NCBI GenBank assembly: GCA_031835245.2
Contig: JAVKOQ020000007.1
Coordinates: forward strand, 434,001 to 475,551
Source: Balamuthia mandrillaris
Taxonomy: Eukaryota
Length of the DNA: 41,551 bases
Reading direction: 5' to 3'
The notes under the pieces are model-generated. The model ran no database searches. It was not told the origin of the DNA and worked only from the letters and a program-made list of their open reading frames with translations. A program made the translations under genes and the position numbers. Below, one piece after another: positions 22,501 through 33,697 of the stretch (positions are counted from its first letter, which is position 1; each line of letters starts with the position of its first letter).

Positions 22501-22814
22501 CCTTCTACTCTCGTTGCCTCTCGGCTCTCTTCGCTGAGGTCATCGGGTTGTCCAAACGAAGCCACAAACCGGTGGTGTTCCTCCTCCTCCGCTGCCGAAC
22601 CGTGGGCCTGCGTATGCAGCTGCTCTTCCTCCTCTTGTCTCTTCCGTTTCCGCCCAAAGTCCTGAATGAGAGTGCCGCGAGAAGACTCGTAGCCCGACAG
22701 ATCCAGGCTTATTCCTTGGACAGATAAGTGGTCTTCCTCCTCTTCATGTTCGTGGTGATCCTCGCCCTCTTTCAAAGAGTGATGGTGTTGCTCGTGTAGC
22801 GCTTCCATGTCCAT
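19545..22814 (-). CDS. Myb-repeat DNA-binding protein of the Reb1/Nsi1/TTF1/DMTF1 type, about 1089 aa, intronless CDS
   Basis: KKGKFSQEED..WKEIASVLPDRS..GAYTPEEVAQLKRLYAKYGRNWAKIGRKMGR..VRDK..KGPWTEAED..WVRISQQMGTRNYNQCRSHW..WSPEDD. Flanked by His/Gln/Ser-rich low-complexity regions. Confidence 0.88.
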   Translation of the reverse strand: MDMEALHEQHHHSLKEGEDHHEHEEEEDHLSVQGISLDLSGYESSRGTLIQDFGRKRKRQEEEEQLHTQAHGSAAEEEEHHRFVASFGQPDDLSEESREATRVEGGEAGVEDQSLLDYPHHHSLVHHLEQHHHDDQRQGEQEHVHAHEHEHEHEHGTEEVDIDVEAAQQHALLATQPPTKRSRQESQPQHHTQDRNEGEEDAGHGALVLAGDGQSEAEDQDLLHQGAPHEADSSDHQSQAQHHHTMLDPTGVGWDTTQANALLSSLAVAHAHAQAAHIHHLALQQQQQQQQHHHQHANLENGDAGHIYASMTGGVEDSALTIENAREDVHQQQTEMPDESEEDGLAAALVGVVEHEQEGDRKEKGGGTRWRNSKQHVKKGKFSQEEDMKLYKAIQDYCAKNDLGTDRTSIAAFLSQKSFRQFKGCWKEIASVLPDRSISACFDHCRRCFSRNDRNINTGAYTPEEVAQLKRLYAKYGRNWAKIGRKMGRNRGSVRDKIRSMSIEPTKLTKGPWTEAEDQRLTMLVQKAIMDANSGTATPTTEADALPALLPETDADAIAEAAASASSSSDGDSASSSPPPRKPKKRKAKPRKKDPSRPFVVPSGGEFWVRISQQMGTRNYNQCRSHWFKALDPSLNKQLWSPEDDFLLIQRVLVGGYKVMKDIVWSDVAEGTKWTGAQCYSRWRSLVAARNKALKMQHEVTGQLAAHVSPAAALMATHQANLAELAAMGIDVSSAVEAAAVVAAAVAASSAACTSSSALPLAPSIPSSATAISPSAPMLSTAAFSSAPISCFSSSPSSSSSSTTTLSSFSQQQQQQLQEANLNALRDPNSLRDILQSLETMLLKNMQPIPHQHLTNGTSSPTIASSLASNNNNNSTNNLATVNNGGVTATTTELMQSLTPSQITAVQLHLQGLAQQYAAATNSSAAAALHHHHQQQQELQQPQQPQFATLPLEPSALELQQQQLQFQQQQQQQLLHFGSPHHHHGLVSLEPHHMQHFPHSGATGVTTEHIVVDGTTAAVDQEHHHHHHQQQHQHHHLHASEEAASALHQPEDEHDDVVLTDHHHHQHHHHPTHIHHSHGQEEEPVVDEL

Positions 22815-23395
22815 CGAGTAAACGCACACCCAAAGGCACTGCAAAAGAGGGATTTCAATCGTGTCATCAATAACCGTTCTAGAAAAAAAAAAAAAACAAA
22901 AAGAAAGAAGAAAGAAAACCAGTAATCGCTATCATGGTGAATTTTCTTTTTCATCGTCGCTTCTTCCACTCTAACAATCAATCACATTCTCCTCCCCCCT
23001 TTGCTACTTTTTTTTTATTCTCTCCTTTCACTCAAATAATAATAATAATAAAAAAAAGAACCTTACCCTTCTTTCTTTTTTTTTTTTGTTTGCACAAAGC
23101 GGTGCTTGTGGGTTTCTCCTTTTCGTTGAAAGTCAGGGGAGCACTCGAGCGGTGGGTTCCCCCCGCATACACGCACAGCAAACTTTGTTTGTGTGTGTTT
23201 TTATTTTTCGAAGGGGGGAGTTGTGGGTTCCCCCTCTCTTTCTTTTCTGTTTTTTTTTTTTGTGGAATTTTTGAATTTTTTCTTTTCCTTTTCTCAATTT
23301 TTGGTAGACAAAGTGAGGGGTCATCGATCGATTTTAAAACGGGGCAGCTCACTTTGTGCTCGTTTGGTGCAGGAGAGCCGAGGCAGAGAAGAGAG

Positions 23396-23465
<70 letters not shown>

Positions 23466-23527
23466 AGAGAGAGAGAGAAAGAGAGAGAAAGAGCAAAGCA
23501 ATCCTATTCAAACATCATCACCATTCA

Positions 23528-23708
23528 TCAGGGTTGCGTTTGGCCTTTCTTGGCACCAACGGGTTGCTTGTTGCCGACGTACGAGAGGTAGGTATTCCAA
23601 CCCATGCTGACGAAGCTGGAGTAAAATACACTGTGGTGCAAAGAACCAAAGAGAAAAAGAAGGGAGGATTAACAACCAGCGCGTAATGATCCAGCTGACA
23701 AAGAGGAG

Positions 23709-23744
<36 letters not shown>

Positions 23745-24415
23745 TCTGAGTGGAGCAAGTGTTACCGATGGTGAGGAGGCACAAAACGAAAGCTGAGAGC
23801 AGCGAACATAGGCCACACTGTGTAGTTCATCTTCATGGCCGAGAGGTAGTTCTTTTGCAGTTGTTCCTTGATTTGTTCGTTGCTCAAGCCTCGCATATAG
23901 TCGTTGAACACAAAGAACTCCAACACAATGCAGGGAGCAAACAAGCTCTGGTCCAGTGCAACCTTTTTCAGCACCGTCTGTTTTGTTGTTGTGTTTGCAA
24001 GCATAAGTGAGTTCGCTCACTAGCAAACAATGGCAAAAGGTCGGCCTACCCCCATAGTCTTAGCAGGAAAAGCCCTGTCAAGAAATCTGTAACGAGGTAA
24101 CAGCGTTCAGTCGAGTATAACGCACACAAAAACAACCCCTCCAAGGTTTTTTTTGTACCTGTACCAGAAAAACATGCTTGGTCCTGCTCCTACAAAGCCC
24201 CACAAGAACATGCGACGCAGCCGAGTGGTATCCCAGTCGACTTCCTTGAGGCGGTCGAGAGAGGCCACCTGGGCGAGGGTGGCCTCGCTGTTCCGGTTGA
24301 AGGTGGTCTCTATGGTCTGCGCCATGACATCGCCGGCTAGCATGAGCCCTCCGGCCAGCAAGGACTTTTTGGCGAGGTTCGGAAAGTCGAACACTGAAGC
24401 GAGCCTACCAGCCAT
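23528..24415 (-). CDS. Mpv17/PMP22 family membrane protein, 4 exons
   Basis: AGDVMAQ..D..RLRRMFLWG..GP..FFWY|RFLDRAFP..VLKKVALDQSLFAP..YTVWP..SFRFVPPHHR|VFYSSFVSMGWNTYLSY; stop TGA at 23530-23528. Confidence 0.9.
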
Positions 24416-25350
24416 TTGTTTGTTATTTTTTGAGGTTGAAGCTTTGTTTCTTCGTTTTTAATTCTCTCCTCTCTCCTCTCCTCTTTTCCTTCTTTTCTGT
24501 TCTTTTGTTGTTAATTGTTTATTGTGATAATTTTGAATTTTTGTTTTTATTTTTTTATTAAAACGGTTGTTTTGGCGATAGAGGCCCCCTGGATCTTTTT
24601 CGGATCTACTTGCAGGAACAACTCTGGACGAAAACCCTACCGCCTCATCTTTATTTACTCGATGCCCGTCTTGGTTCGTTACGTTTGTTTGTCTTCCCTT
24701 CTCGGCTTGTTTTCTTTCTTTCTCTCTCTCTCTTCGGTCGATTTCGTTAAGCATTTGTCTGGTTCCTGCCCACCTCAATGATGACGCTACCAAAGGCGGG
24801 AGCCAGTTTTCTCAAAACCCCCGGATGACGATCCTTGCTCTTGGCGGAAAACAGCTGGGAGACTCCGGATCCCCATTGCCCTTCCTGTCAGTCTGCGACA
24901 ACCGGTCCGATCTTCCCTTTCTTCTCTCTTGTTGTTCTTGAGCCAAACTAGCCCAACCCCACGTGACACCACCCCTCGGAGATGACAACCCCCTGAAAAT
25001 TCTCCACCTCCCTGCCACGTTCCTTTCCGTTCCGCAATTGCTTAATTAATACGCGGTTCGGGGTGTCCCATCATACCGACTTTCCAAACGTAAGGCTCCG
25101 GAAAATCCTTTTCTCAGATCGCATTCATGTGCACCGACCCTTTTGCACCTATTTTTGGTGGTTTGAAATGATAGGGCCAGAGAGAAATGAAAAAAAACCC
25201 CGAGCTCCTTTCTGTTTGCGGTTGTTCTCACCTTGCGTGTTTATTTGTTTTTCTTGCCTGTCTGTTTTTTTTTTTTAAAAGAAAGCTCATTACGGCCCGC
25301 TTCGTCGAACAACCGAAACCAACCTCAGCTACACGTTAACCGCAAAAACC

Positions 25351-25522
25351 ATGAGACCGCCGGTGTCAACTCCCCCCACGCGGCACTCTCCTGATATGTT
25401 TTACCCGAAGGAGCACCACATCGACAAGAGGAACTTCATACTTCATTGGTGAGTGTCCTCCCCCGCGGCTGTCAAACCGCTTCTCATCTGTTTTCTCGCT
25501 GGACACCAGACTCACACGACAT

Positions 25523-25563
<41 letters not shown>

Positions 25564-26700
25564 GTTATCCTGTTCACTAGGCTTCAAGAAAATTATGTCT
25601 TTACACCCTTTGCCTCTGTGGAGAAAGCCAGCGTCTTCAAGTCCTACCTCCAGATGTGTAAACGGATAGGCATAGAGGGGACCACGGCCCCTGCATTCGG
25701 AAGGCTGGTGCGAACCGCCTTTCCGGCCGTCGGAAACTGTCGTCGGGGACCCAGGGGAGACGCCAGGCATCACTACAAGCATCTGAAACGGAAAGAGGGA
25801 GCAGGAAACGCTCAGGAACTCCTAACCGCCACTCCTGATGCTCCTGAATACTCCCCACAAACTCCGGGCTTTACCCCGATGCCCATGGGTTCTTTGCCTT
25901 ATCCTCCTCCACCACATCTTGGCCACCCTCACCATGCAGCTCCGGCTGGCCCCGCTCCTCCCTCTTTTGGCCCGTCTTGTTATTGCTGTCCGCCGTCGTA
26001 TCCCTCCGCTCTTGTGAAAACCGAGTGTGAGCCACCTTCTTCCTCACCTTCTGCACCATCCTCCAGCCACCACCATCACCACAGCCATCACAACCACAAC
26101 CACCACAACCCACGGGGTCCTGCCTGGGAGGGTGAGGCCCTCCTGGAGGAGTTTTTGCATCGGGAAGAGTCCCGAAATAGGGTGCCTCCACCTACCAGCC
26201 TACCTCACCTGCCACCGTCTTCCTTCCCTCCTCCTTATCCACACACCCATAGCCCTGTCCAACAGGGCAAACCCCCGCAATGGTGCACTGACCCTTCTTG
26301 CTCCATCAACAAACAAACGCCTGCTCATCCCCCCTTTGCTTCTTTCCCCGCTCCCTCGGCTTCCGCTTCGGCCCCCACTCCCTCTCCACGGCTTCCTTTT
26401 TGGCCTTTCCCTTCTTTTTCAAACGGCACAACAAACTCCTTCCACAACAAGAACAACGCGGGTGGTCCCTCCACTCCAGAGTCAGACACCACCCCAGCCG
26501 AGGAACAACAACACCAACACCAACAAAGAAGCAAACACCAAAAGTTTTCCCAAGGTGGCGGCAAGCCAGAAGATTTCTCCTCCTCCTCCTCCTCCTCTCA
26601 TTCCTCCTCCTGTTCGTCTTCCTCCTCCTCTTCCACATCCGCCTCTGCTACGCACTTGGCACAACCCCCACAACCACCGCCCTCCATTTTGTCACAATGA
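25351..26700 (+). CDS. RFX-type winged-helix DNA-binding protein (exons 25351-25448 and 25581-26700; further upstream exons possible)
   Basis: Spliced W|LQENYVF..SVEKASVFKSYLQMC..APAFGRLVRTAFPAVGNCRRGPRGDARHHYKHLKRK follows the RFX DNA-binding-domain pattern. The rest is Pro/His/Ser-rich low-complexity sequence. Confidence 0.85.
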
Positions 26701-26942
26701 ACTCCATTTCTTTTTTTTTTCTTTTTTTGCATTTTTGTAAAACTAAACAGCAACAAAACCAGAAGAGAAGAAGACCAAAGACCTCTATTTTTTTTTCTTC
26801 TCTACATACAAAACAAACAAACGAACTATATGAACAACAAAACCAAAAATAAAAAATAAAAAAAGATTTCAAAAAAAAAAAAACAACAAAAAGCTGTTTT
26901 TTTTTTCTCTCTCGTGCTTTCTTCTTCTTTATCTTCCTGTCT

Positions 26943-27545
26943 TCAGCTGCTCTTGTTGTGTTTGGTGGTCGAACGGGTCCTACGCTCAGCCCATCTCCTC
27001 CGTCGACTGTTGCTCTGTTGGAGCCAGGGCAGGTGCATGCTCTCCGTGGCTCCGGCCACCTGGGCCAGATCGCCGCCGCCCAAAAAAGAGACCAAGTGTC
27101 TCTCGGTGACCTCCTCGTGCGTTTTCACTTTCTCGTTCGATTTGGCAGAGCCCCAGCTCGTACCTCCGCCCACTCCACCAGGCAGTCCTGCGCTCGCCCC
27201 TTGCCCTTTCCATACCCGCAGCTCACGTCGCAGGCCCTTTTGGTTCATCTGGGCCAGCACTTCCAGCACCTTTTGGCGATCCCCACGCTCGGTGTAGTGC
27301 TGGAGCAAGGAGTTGAAGGTGGCCTCCATGGGGGTGCTGTCCTCGACCCCACCCTTGGGGGCGGAGTTGCTGTTGCTGTTGTTGGGGCGATTGATGGGAG
27401 AAGAGGAGTAGAGGCGCAGAGTGTGGAGGCTAGAAGGGCAAAAAGTGGAGGAAGAGAGCCATGAAGAAGATGAACGGAGCCAATGAAGCGGACCCACTAC
27501 AGAACTCTGGACTCGACAGATGGAGACTGGTTTTGGTACATACAT
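26943..27545 (-). CDS. Small protein with a mitochondrial-presequence-like N-terminus and one PPR-like motif
   Basis: Ser/Arg/Leu-rich, acid-free N-terminus ending LRLYSS. TFNSLLQHYTERGDRQKVLEVLAQMNQKGL fits the 35-aa PPR consensus. Confidence 0.65.
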   Translation of the reverse strand: MYVPKPVSICRVQSSVVGPLHWLRSSSSWLSSSTFCPSSLHTLRLYSSSPINRPNNSNSNSAPKGGVEDSTPMEATFNSLLQHYTERGDRQKVLEVLAQMNQKGLRRELRVWKGQGASAGLPGGVGGGTSWGSAKSNEKVKTHEEVTERHLVSFLGGGDLAQVAGATESMHLPWLQQSNSRRRRWAERRTRSTTKHNKSS

Positions 27546-27865
27546 GGTGTTGAGGGCGGGTTGTTTGGAACAAAAAAAAATTTACAAACAAAAAAAGGAG
27601 GACTATACAAAAAAAAAAAAGAATAGAATTTACAGGAAAAAAAAAACCCCAAGAGTCCTACTGCTGCTGTGTGCGTCAAGTCTTGTTCTTGCTTTTGTAC
27701 TGAATTTTGCTGCTGACGAAAAAGTAGTGGCGTTCAGCGCAGCTTTCTTGGATCGCTATTTTTGCCGACACTTGTTCGAATTCGGATTGGATGAAAAGGA
27801 CACGAAAAAGAGAGAAGAAAAGAAAGAAAAGAACAAAAAGTGGCAGCAAAAAAAAAGTAGTAAAG

Positions 27866-28382
27866 ATGGAAGAGTTTCACTACGTTTACACAGAGCAGGA
27901 CAATCCGAGCGCAAAGAAGCGCAGAAGGCCAGAGGAGGACGAGAGGGAGCATGTCGACGAGTCCTACGCCCAGAAGGCGGCGCTGGCCAAGATGACCCCA
28001 CGCGAGCGGAAGCTGGCGGAGCTCAAGCAGAAGCTCAAGGAAAGCAGGAACGAGAACCGCAAGGCCGTCATCGAGGAGGACGTGCGGTTGAGGGCGGACA
28101 AGGGGGACAAGGAGGCGGAGCGGCTGAAGAGGATAGCGTACTACAAGGAGAAGGAGGAGGAGAGGAGGGAAAAGGAGCAGGCGGAGGCTGGGCTGGCCGT
28201 CGACCCCGAGAAGCTGCGCATGAGGAACACCACCGTAGAGGACGCACAATGGCAACTGAAGAGCACCAAAAAGAAGAAACAAAGAAAAGACTCAGCATTC
28301 GGCTGGCAACGTAAGCTCCCTGTTCTCTCCTCTTTTTGCCACTTACTTTCTTTATCCTTCATCTCCCTTCTCTGCTCTATGC

Positions 28383-28419
<37 letters not shown>

Positions 28420-28950
28420 GTTTTTTTAACCACACGCATGCTCACCACATTTTGCACACAACATAACAGGCTTTTCGGACGATGTACAGCACAAAGCCTA
28501 CATGAGACGTCAAAAACAGAACCCCACCTTCAACAAAGAGGAGTACGAACAACAAAAGGACCAACTGGGCGAGGACTTTTTCCGCTCAGCGCACGAGGTG
28601 GACTACGGGGAGGCCCCACCAGTACCCAAACAAAAACTCAACAACCTCGTACGCGAGGTCAGAAAAGAGTACGTCTCTCTACCTATTCTTTCTTTTCTGT
28701 CTCCTGCCTGCTAGCTGGCTTGCTGGCTTGCTGGCTTGTTGGCTCTTCTTGTCTTCACTTTCTTATTATTATTATTATTTTTAGCATTCAGCGCAGAGAG
28801 CAGTTCAGCAGACGCAGAGAGTATCACGAGGACGCCGACGTGGACTTTATCAACGAGCACAACAGGGTGTTCAACAAGAAGATCGGCCGCGCCTACGACG
28901 AGTACACCGTGGAAACCAAGCAGAACCTGGAGAGAGGGACTGCCGTCTGA
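27866..28950 (+). CDS. SYF2: Pre-mRNA splicing factor SYF2, 3 exons
   Basis: [72 protein letters not shown] matches the SYF2 C-terminal signature. Confidence 0.95.
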
Positions 28951-29466
28951 GCGTGTTGGACAGTTTTTGTCCCCTTCCCTTTGGGTGTGTACTTTTTTTT
29001 TTTCATCAAATTTCCCCCGTCGTCCTATATTCGGAGCGTCCACCCAAAATGGCTGGCCTTGCGCTGGACGCTTGCCCCGCTGGCTGAGAGCGATTGGCGG
29101 GACGGAGTTTTTTAATAATGCACAAATAAATTTACGAATAATGAATTTTGGCCCTAATTTGGCATAATTTAGGAACTTCATCAAAAAAAGAGCCAAGGCG
29201 CGTCGGTTCCTTCATCAACGCGCGCCCAAACCCCAAGAAAGAGAGAGTTTAAGTTCCGTTTGTTGGTTTTTTTTTTTTTAAAAACATCCTTTGGTTTGCG
29301 GCAATAATTGACTTGAACAAAAAAAAGAAGGACCGGGTTTGTTTGGGGTGTTTCTTAGCAGCGGTATTTTTTTTAAAAAAAAGGACCCCGAGGTGGCACC
29401 AAGTTCCTGCTACATATTTTCGAACAGACTAGAGAAGAAAGTGACTTGTGTCTATAGTCATACGAA

Positions 29467-32400
29467 ATGAAGCAACAACAGGTTTGGCCACAAAGACGCT
29501 TCCTCTTTCTCCCTTTGTTTTGTACAGTTTAACTAAAGTCGTTGCGAACGTGTGTTTTTTGAAAAAAGCCTTGGAAGAAGAAGAGAAACAAACATAAGGA
29601 GGAGGAGGGCAACAACAACCATGGCGAAGAGGACGCTATGCAGACCAAGGTTAGAACACACGAAGAAGAAGAGGAAGGGGAAGAAGATGAACATGAGCTC
29701 AACATTGTTGAAGAGGAAGAGGACGACGATGAAGAGAAACGCGGTAGCGCCGAAATACCAACCAAAAACACTGCCACCCAACACGAAGGTTCTTCCTTCG
29801 CCACTCCCCAAAAAGGTTTCTCTTCTCCCTCTACCGGTAAACGGTCTCCTCTGCCCAAACTTCCTTCCATTGCGAGCTCTCTTCCTCCTCTCTCCTCCGC
29901 TCTTTTTCCTTCACTCCTGGCCAGTCCAGCCACCTCTCCGTCTGCTTTCTCTCCCACTGCAGGCTTGCTCCAAGGGAACAACGGACCCACAGCTTTTGCA
30001 TACCCCAACGCCTCGCCGAAAATGGGAGCCAACGTGGGCGCGGCTTCTTCTGCAGCAGCTGCGGCGGCGATCGCTGCAGGGCAAGGCCTCCCACTTCCAT
30101 TGGGTTTTCTCTCTCATCTCCCTCCAACCCAGGCTTCCGCCTCCATGCCCATTTCTCTTCCTCCGGTATGTGCCCCCCTTGTTCTGTTTTTGTGTGCTTG
30201 TTTCAAACTTCTGCACCAACCATACTGAGCGTTGTCAAACTTTTGTGTTTCAATGAAGAAGCGCAGAAGAACCTCTAGCGAGCAGCTGCGTCTGTTGGAG
30301 AGCGAGTTCGAGATAAACCAACACCCTAGCCTGACAGTACGCACCCAGCTGGCCATTCAGCTCGGCATGACCCCCCGCAGCGTGCAGATATGGTTTCAAA
30401 ACAGACGGGCAAAGTACCGCAACCAAATGGACAAGGAGAGGCAGACCCAGGAGATGGCCACGGCTGCCTCGCCGATACGTGACGCTGCCCTGCTGTCATC
30501 CTTCTCGTTGGCTCTGGATGATATCGCTCGTACAAAGGAGGGAGAGACTGCCGGAGAACGAGACGAAACCTGCCACAGTCCTGTTGCTATGTTGGAGAAG
30601 CAACAGCTGGCATCAGGTATACTATCCCATTACGCACGTGCTTGCCTATTATTCTAACTCGGAGTATAATTCCGTGACTGCAGCATTGAAGAAGGAAGCC
30701 GCATTGCAACATTCGCACCGTAGTTGGGAGGAGCTTTCTTCGGAAAGCGCCGTTGCTTCCATACACATCTCGTCCTCGGCCCTTCCGCTAAGCACCTCTT
30801 TATCTGCGTCTCCTGCATCTTCCTCATCATCTACCGTTGTATCTTCCAAACAAATCAACAGCAATACGCAGCGCGCCTCGCTTCTCGAGATAGAAGAGCC
30901 CACCACACCGTCATCATCTCCGTCCTCGTCATCAGCACCATCTATATTCTCTTTTGGTCCTGCTGCCTCTTCCTCTGTATCCAGCTCATCCGCTTTAGCC
31001 TTCGCTCCAGCTTCGCTGGATGACATGATGGAGACTAAAGATCCGGAGGGACATACTCCATTATTCAGAGCTGTGCTACAAAACTTGGAAGCAGACGTCA
31101 GGCAGTTGATAGCCAAAGGAGCGGATGTGGATGCACGGGATCACAACGAGAACACGCCCTTGCTGGCGGCTTCCGCGATGGGCAATCTTCGGGTGGTGGA
31201 ACTGCTGTTGAAGAGCGGAGCGAATGTCAATGCTTGTAACAACAAAGGATGTTCTCCTCTGTACGCTAGTTGCCAAGAAGTAAGTTGCTCTTTTCTTGTT
31301 CTGCTTGGGATTCAAGTTCTATCTGCTTCTTTCTGCCTTTTTCTTTGTTGAGACCTTTGTATCTCTTTGTTCTCCAAAGGGTCATGCGGAGGTGGCTGCT
31401 TTGCTGCTATCTCATGGAGCGAGGATGAACTTGCAAGAGTACATTGAGGGCGAGGCTCCACTCCACATCGCGGCATTGAAGGGATGGGCCAAGGTCTGCA
31501 ACGTTCTGCTACAGCACCACAAGCAACAGTCTTTGCAGAAAGCAGTGGCAGAGCTTCCCCACAGCAACAACAAAGCGCATCCCTCTTCCTCTCCTCAAGC
31601 TCCTCCGTTCCCCAAATCCGCCTTTCTTCCTTCTCCGAACGCCATCCGACCCGCTTCTCCCACAACTACCTCCACTCCTTCTGCTGCCGGTGCCAGCATC
31701 CGAGGTCACCACCGCCCGATAGCACCGGCCAACGCTAGACCTACTCCTGGTGGCCACTTCTTCCCTCTTCCGGCGTTAACAGCTTCAACGGCAACAACAG
31801 CCAGCGTTGTTGGAGGAGGAATAACCGGGCAGGACATGTTTGCAGGGTTGAAGCCTATCGCAGCCAAACCTCCAGGCCTCCCCAGTCCCTTCTTTACCGT
31901 TCGAAGTCCACTGTTTGGCTCTCCGTCAGCATCCTCTTCTGCTTCTTCCGCAACCCCTTCCACCCCACCAACAGGTTTGCATTCCTCTTTCTTTGCTTTG
32001 TTTTCTACCTCCCTCTTAATGAGCTGCTCTTTATTTTCGTGTCTTCTTTGCGAAAACAAAGACTACAACACGGTCAACCAAAGGGACAGACGGGGCTTCA
32101 CGGCGCTGCACCACGCCGCCGTGTACGGCCACTACGCCGTGGTGACTCTCCTCCTGGAACATGGCGCCTTGGCCGACATTCGCGACGCCGAGGGTCACAC
32201 CCCGCTCCAATGCGCCGCGCTTCACGGCCACACCCACGTCATTCGGCTGTTGCTGACCAAGCACAGAGCCGAGGTAAACGCGAGGGACAACTTGGGCTTC
32301 TCTGCGCTGCACTATGCGGCGAGGGATGGCTTGGATGCAACCGCTCGTTTGCTACAGGAGCATGGGGCCAGGCTCGCCGTGGCCACGCATAAAGGCCAGA

Positions 32401-33627
32401 CCCCGCTGCATATCGCCGCCAGGACCAACCGCGCCTCGACCGTCCTTCTCTTGTTGCAGGATAAAGGCAATACCTCTGCTCTCTCTCTTCTCTCGTTTCT
32501 TCCCTGTCTCTTTCTGACCTGGAGAACCATTGTTTTGTAAAACAGACGCAGCGACGGTGTTGCCTATGAGAGACAACAAAGGAAGAACAGCGTTACTGCT
32601 GGCGGCTCAGAGAGGCAACTCGGAGGCAGCCAAGACGCTCATCAGCTACGGAGCCGACGTGAGCGTGGAGGACGCCACCGGCCGCACGCCCTTCGACTAC
32701 GCCCCTGAACTGCGCCACTGCGAGGAGTTTAGACAAGTCCTCCAGTCCGCAACGGACGAGAGCGTGCGGCACAGCACTAGAAGCAGCAACAACAGCGATG
32801 GAACGAGCAACGGCAACAAGAGTGGTAGAAGGAGAAAGCATTTGCAGCACAAACAGAAAGGAAAGAGGAGGGAGAAAGGAGGAAGGAAAGAGGTGACCAC
32901 GACGATAACAACGGACGCTGCAACGGGTATTGCCACGGCCACGACGACGAAGAGAAAGGTGAGCGGAAGAACGTTAGACCAAAAGCAACAACGTCCCAAG
33001 AGGAGGGGCAACAAAGAAAAGCGAGAAGTAGAGATAGAGGAGCATGACCACCAACTCACCTCCAACAACAATAAGAAAAACGGGCACACAGACAACAACA
33101 CCAGCAGCAGAAGGAGAGGCAGAGTCAAGAAAACAGATGAGCACGACGAACAGAGGCATCACCATCATCGGAAGAGAAAGCAAATGGAGGAAGAGGAGGA
33201 CGACATTGCGTTGCTGGCAGAGTTAGTCATCGATGAGTCTGAGACGGATGCGGAGACAGAGACAGACACGGCAACCGCCACAGACACAGAGGTGGAAGAA
33301 GAGAGGCGATCCTCGTTGTCTGCTTCGCTTACTCGAAAGAGGAAAAGAGGAGTAGGGCACAGAAAGAAAAAGAAGCGATCCAGCAAAGAGAGCAAGAAAG
33401 AAAAAAAGACGAAAAAGGGGTCGGCAGAACGGAAGAGGCATCGCCATGAGCATAACAAAGAAGGCGAGGGGGTCATCGACAAAAAACGAACCAGAGGAAA
33501 GAGAGCAACAAACGGAGAAAGGAAGAAGACAGAACACTCTACGACGAGAACATTAACGAACGGTATTAGTAGAAAGAAGACAGCGATGCTCATACCTTCT
33601 CCTTCCATAGAAAATGGCGAAGGATGA
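29467..33627 (+). CDS. warA: Homeodomain plus ankyrin-repeat protein, Wariai-like, multi-exon
   Basis: Homeodomain KRRRTSSEQLRLLESEFEINQHPSLTVRTQLAIQLGMTPRSVQIWFQNRRAK, followed by many ankyrin repeats (GHTPLFRA, ENTPLLAA, GEAPLHIAA, GFTALHHAA, GHTPLQCAA, GQTPLHIAA, GRTALLLAA). This architecture is that of Dictyostelium Wariai. First exon ATG 29467 splices in frame across 29482-29568. Confidence 0.85.
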
Positions 33628-33697
33628 AAGGAGAGAAAGGGGCATAGCTCTTCGTCGAACGTTTGTCTTGTATTTGTTTCTTTCTTTCTTCTTTGTT

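Noticed and set aside
22934..23686. 250-aa ORF on the + strand and overlapping ORFs upstream of the Myb gene
   Set aside because: Translations of poly-T and (GA)n tracts in the Myb 5' region and Mpv17 3' region; no coding signature.
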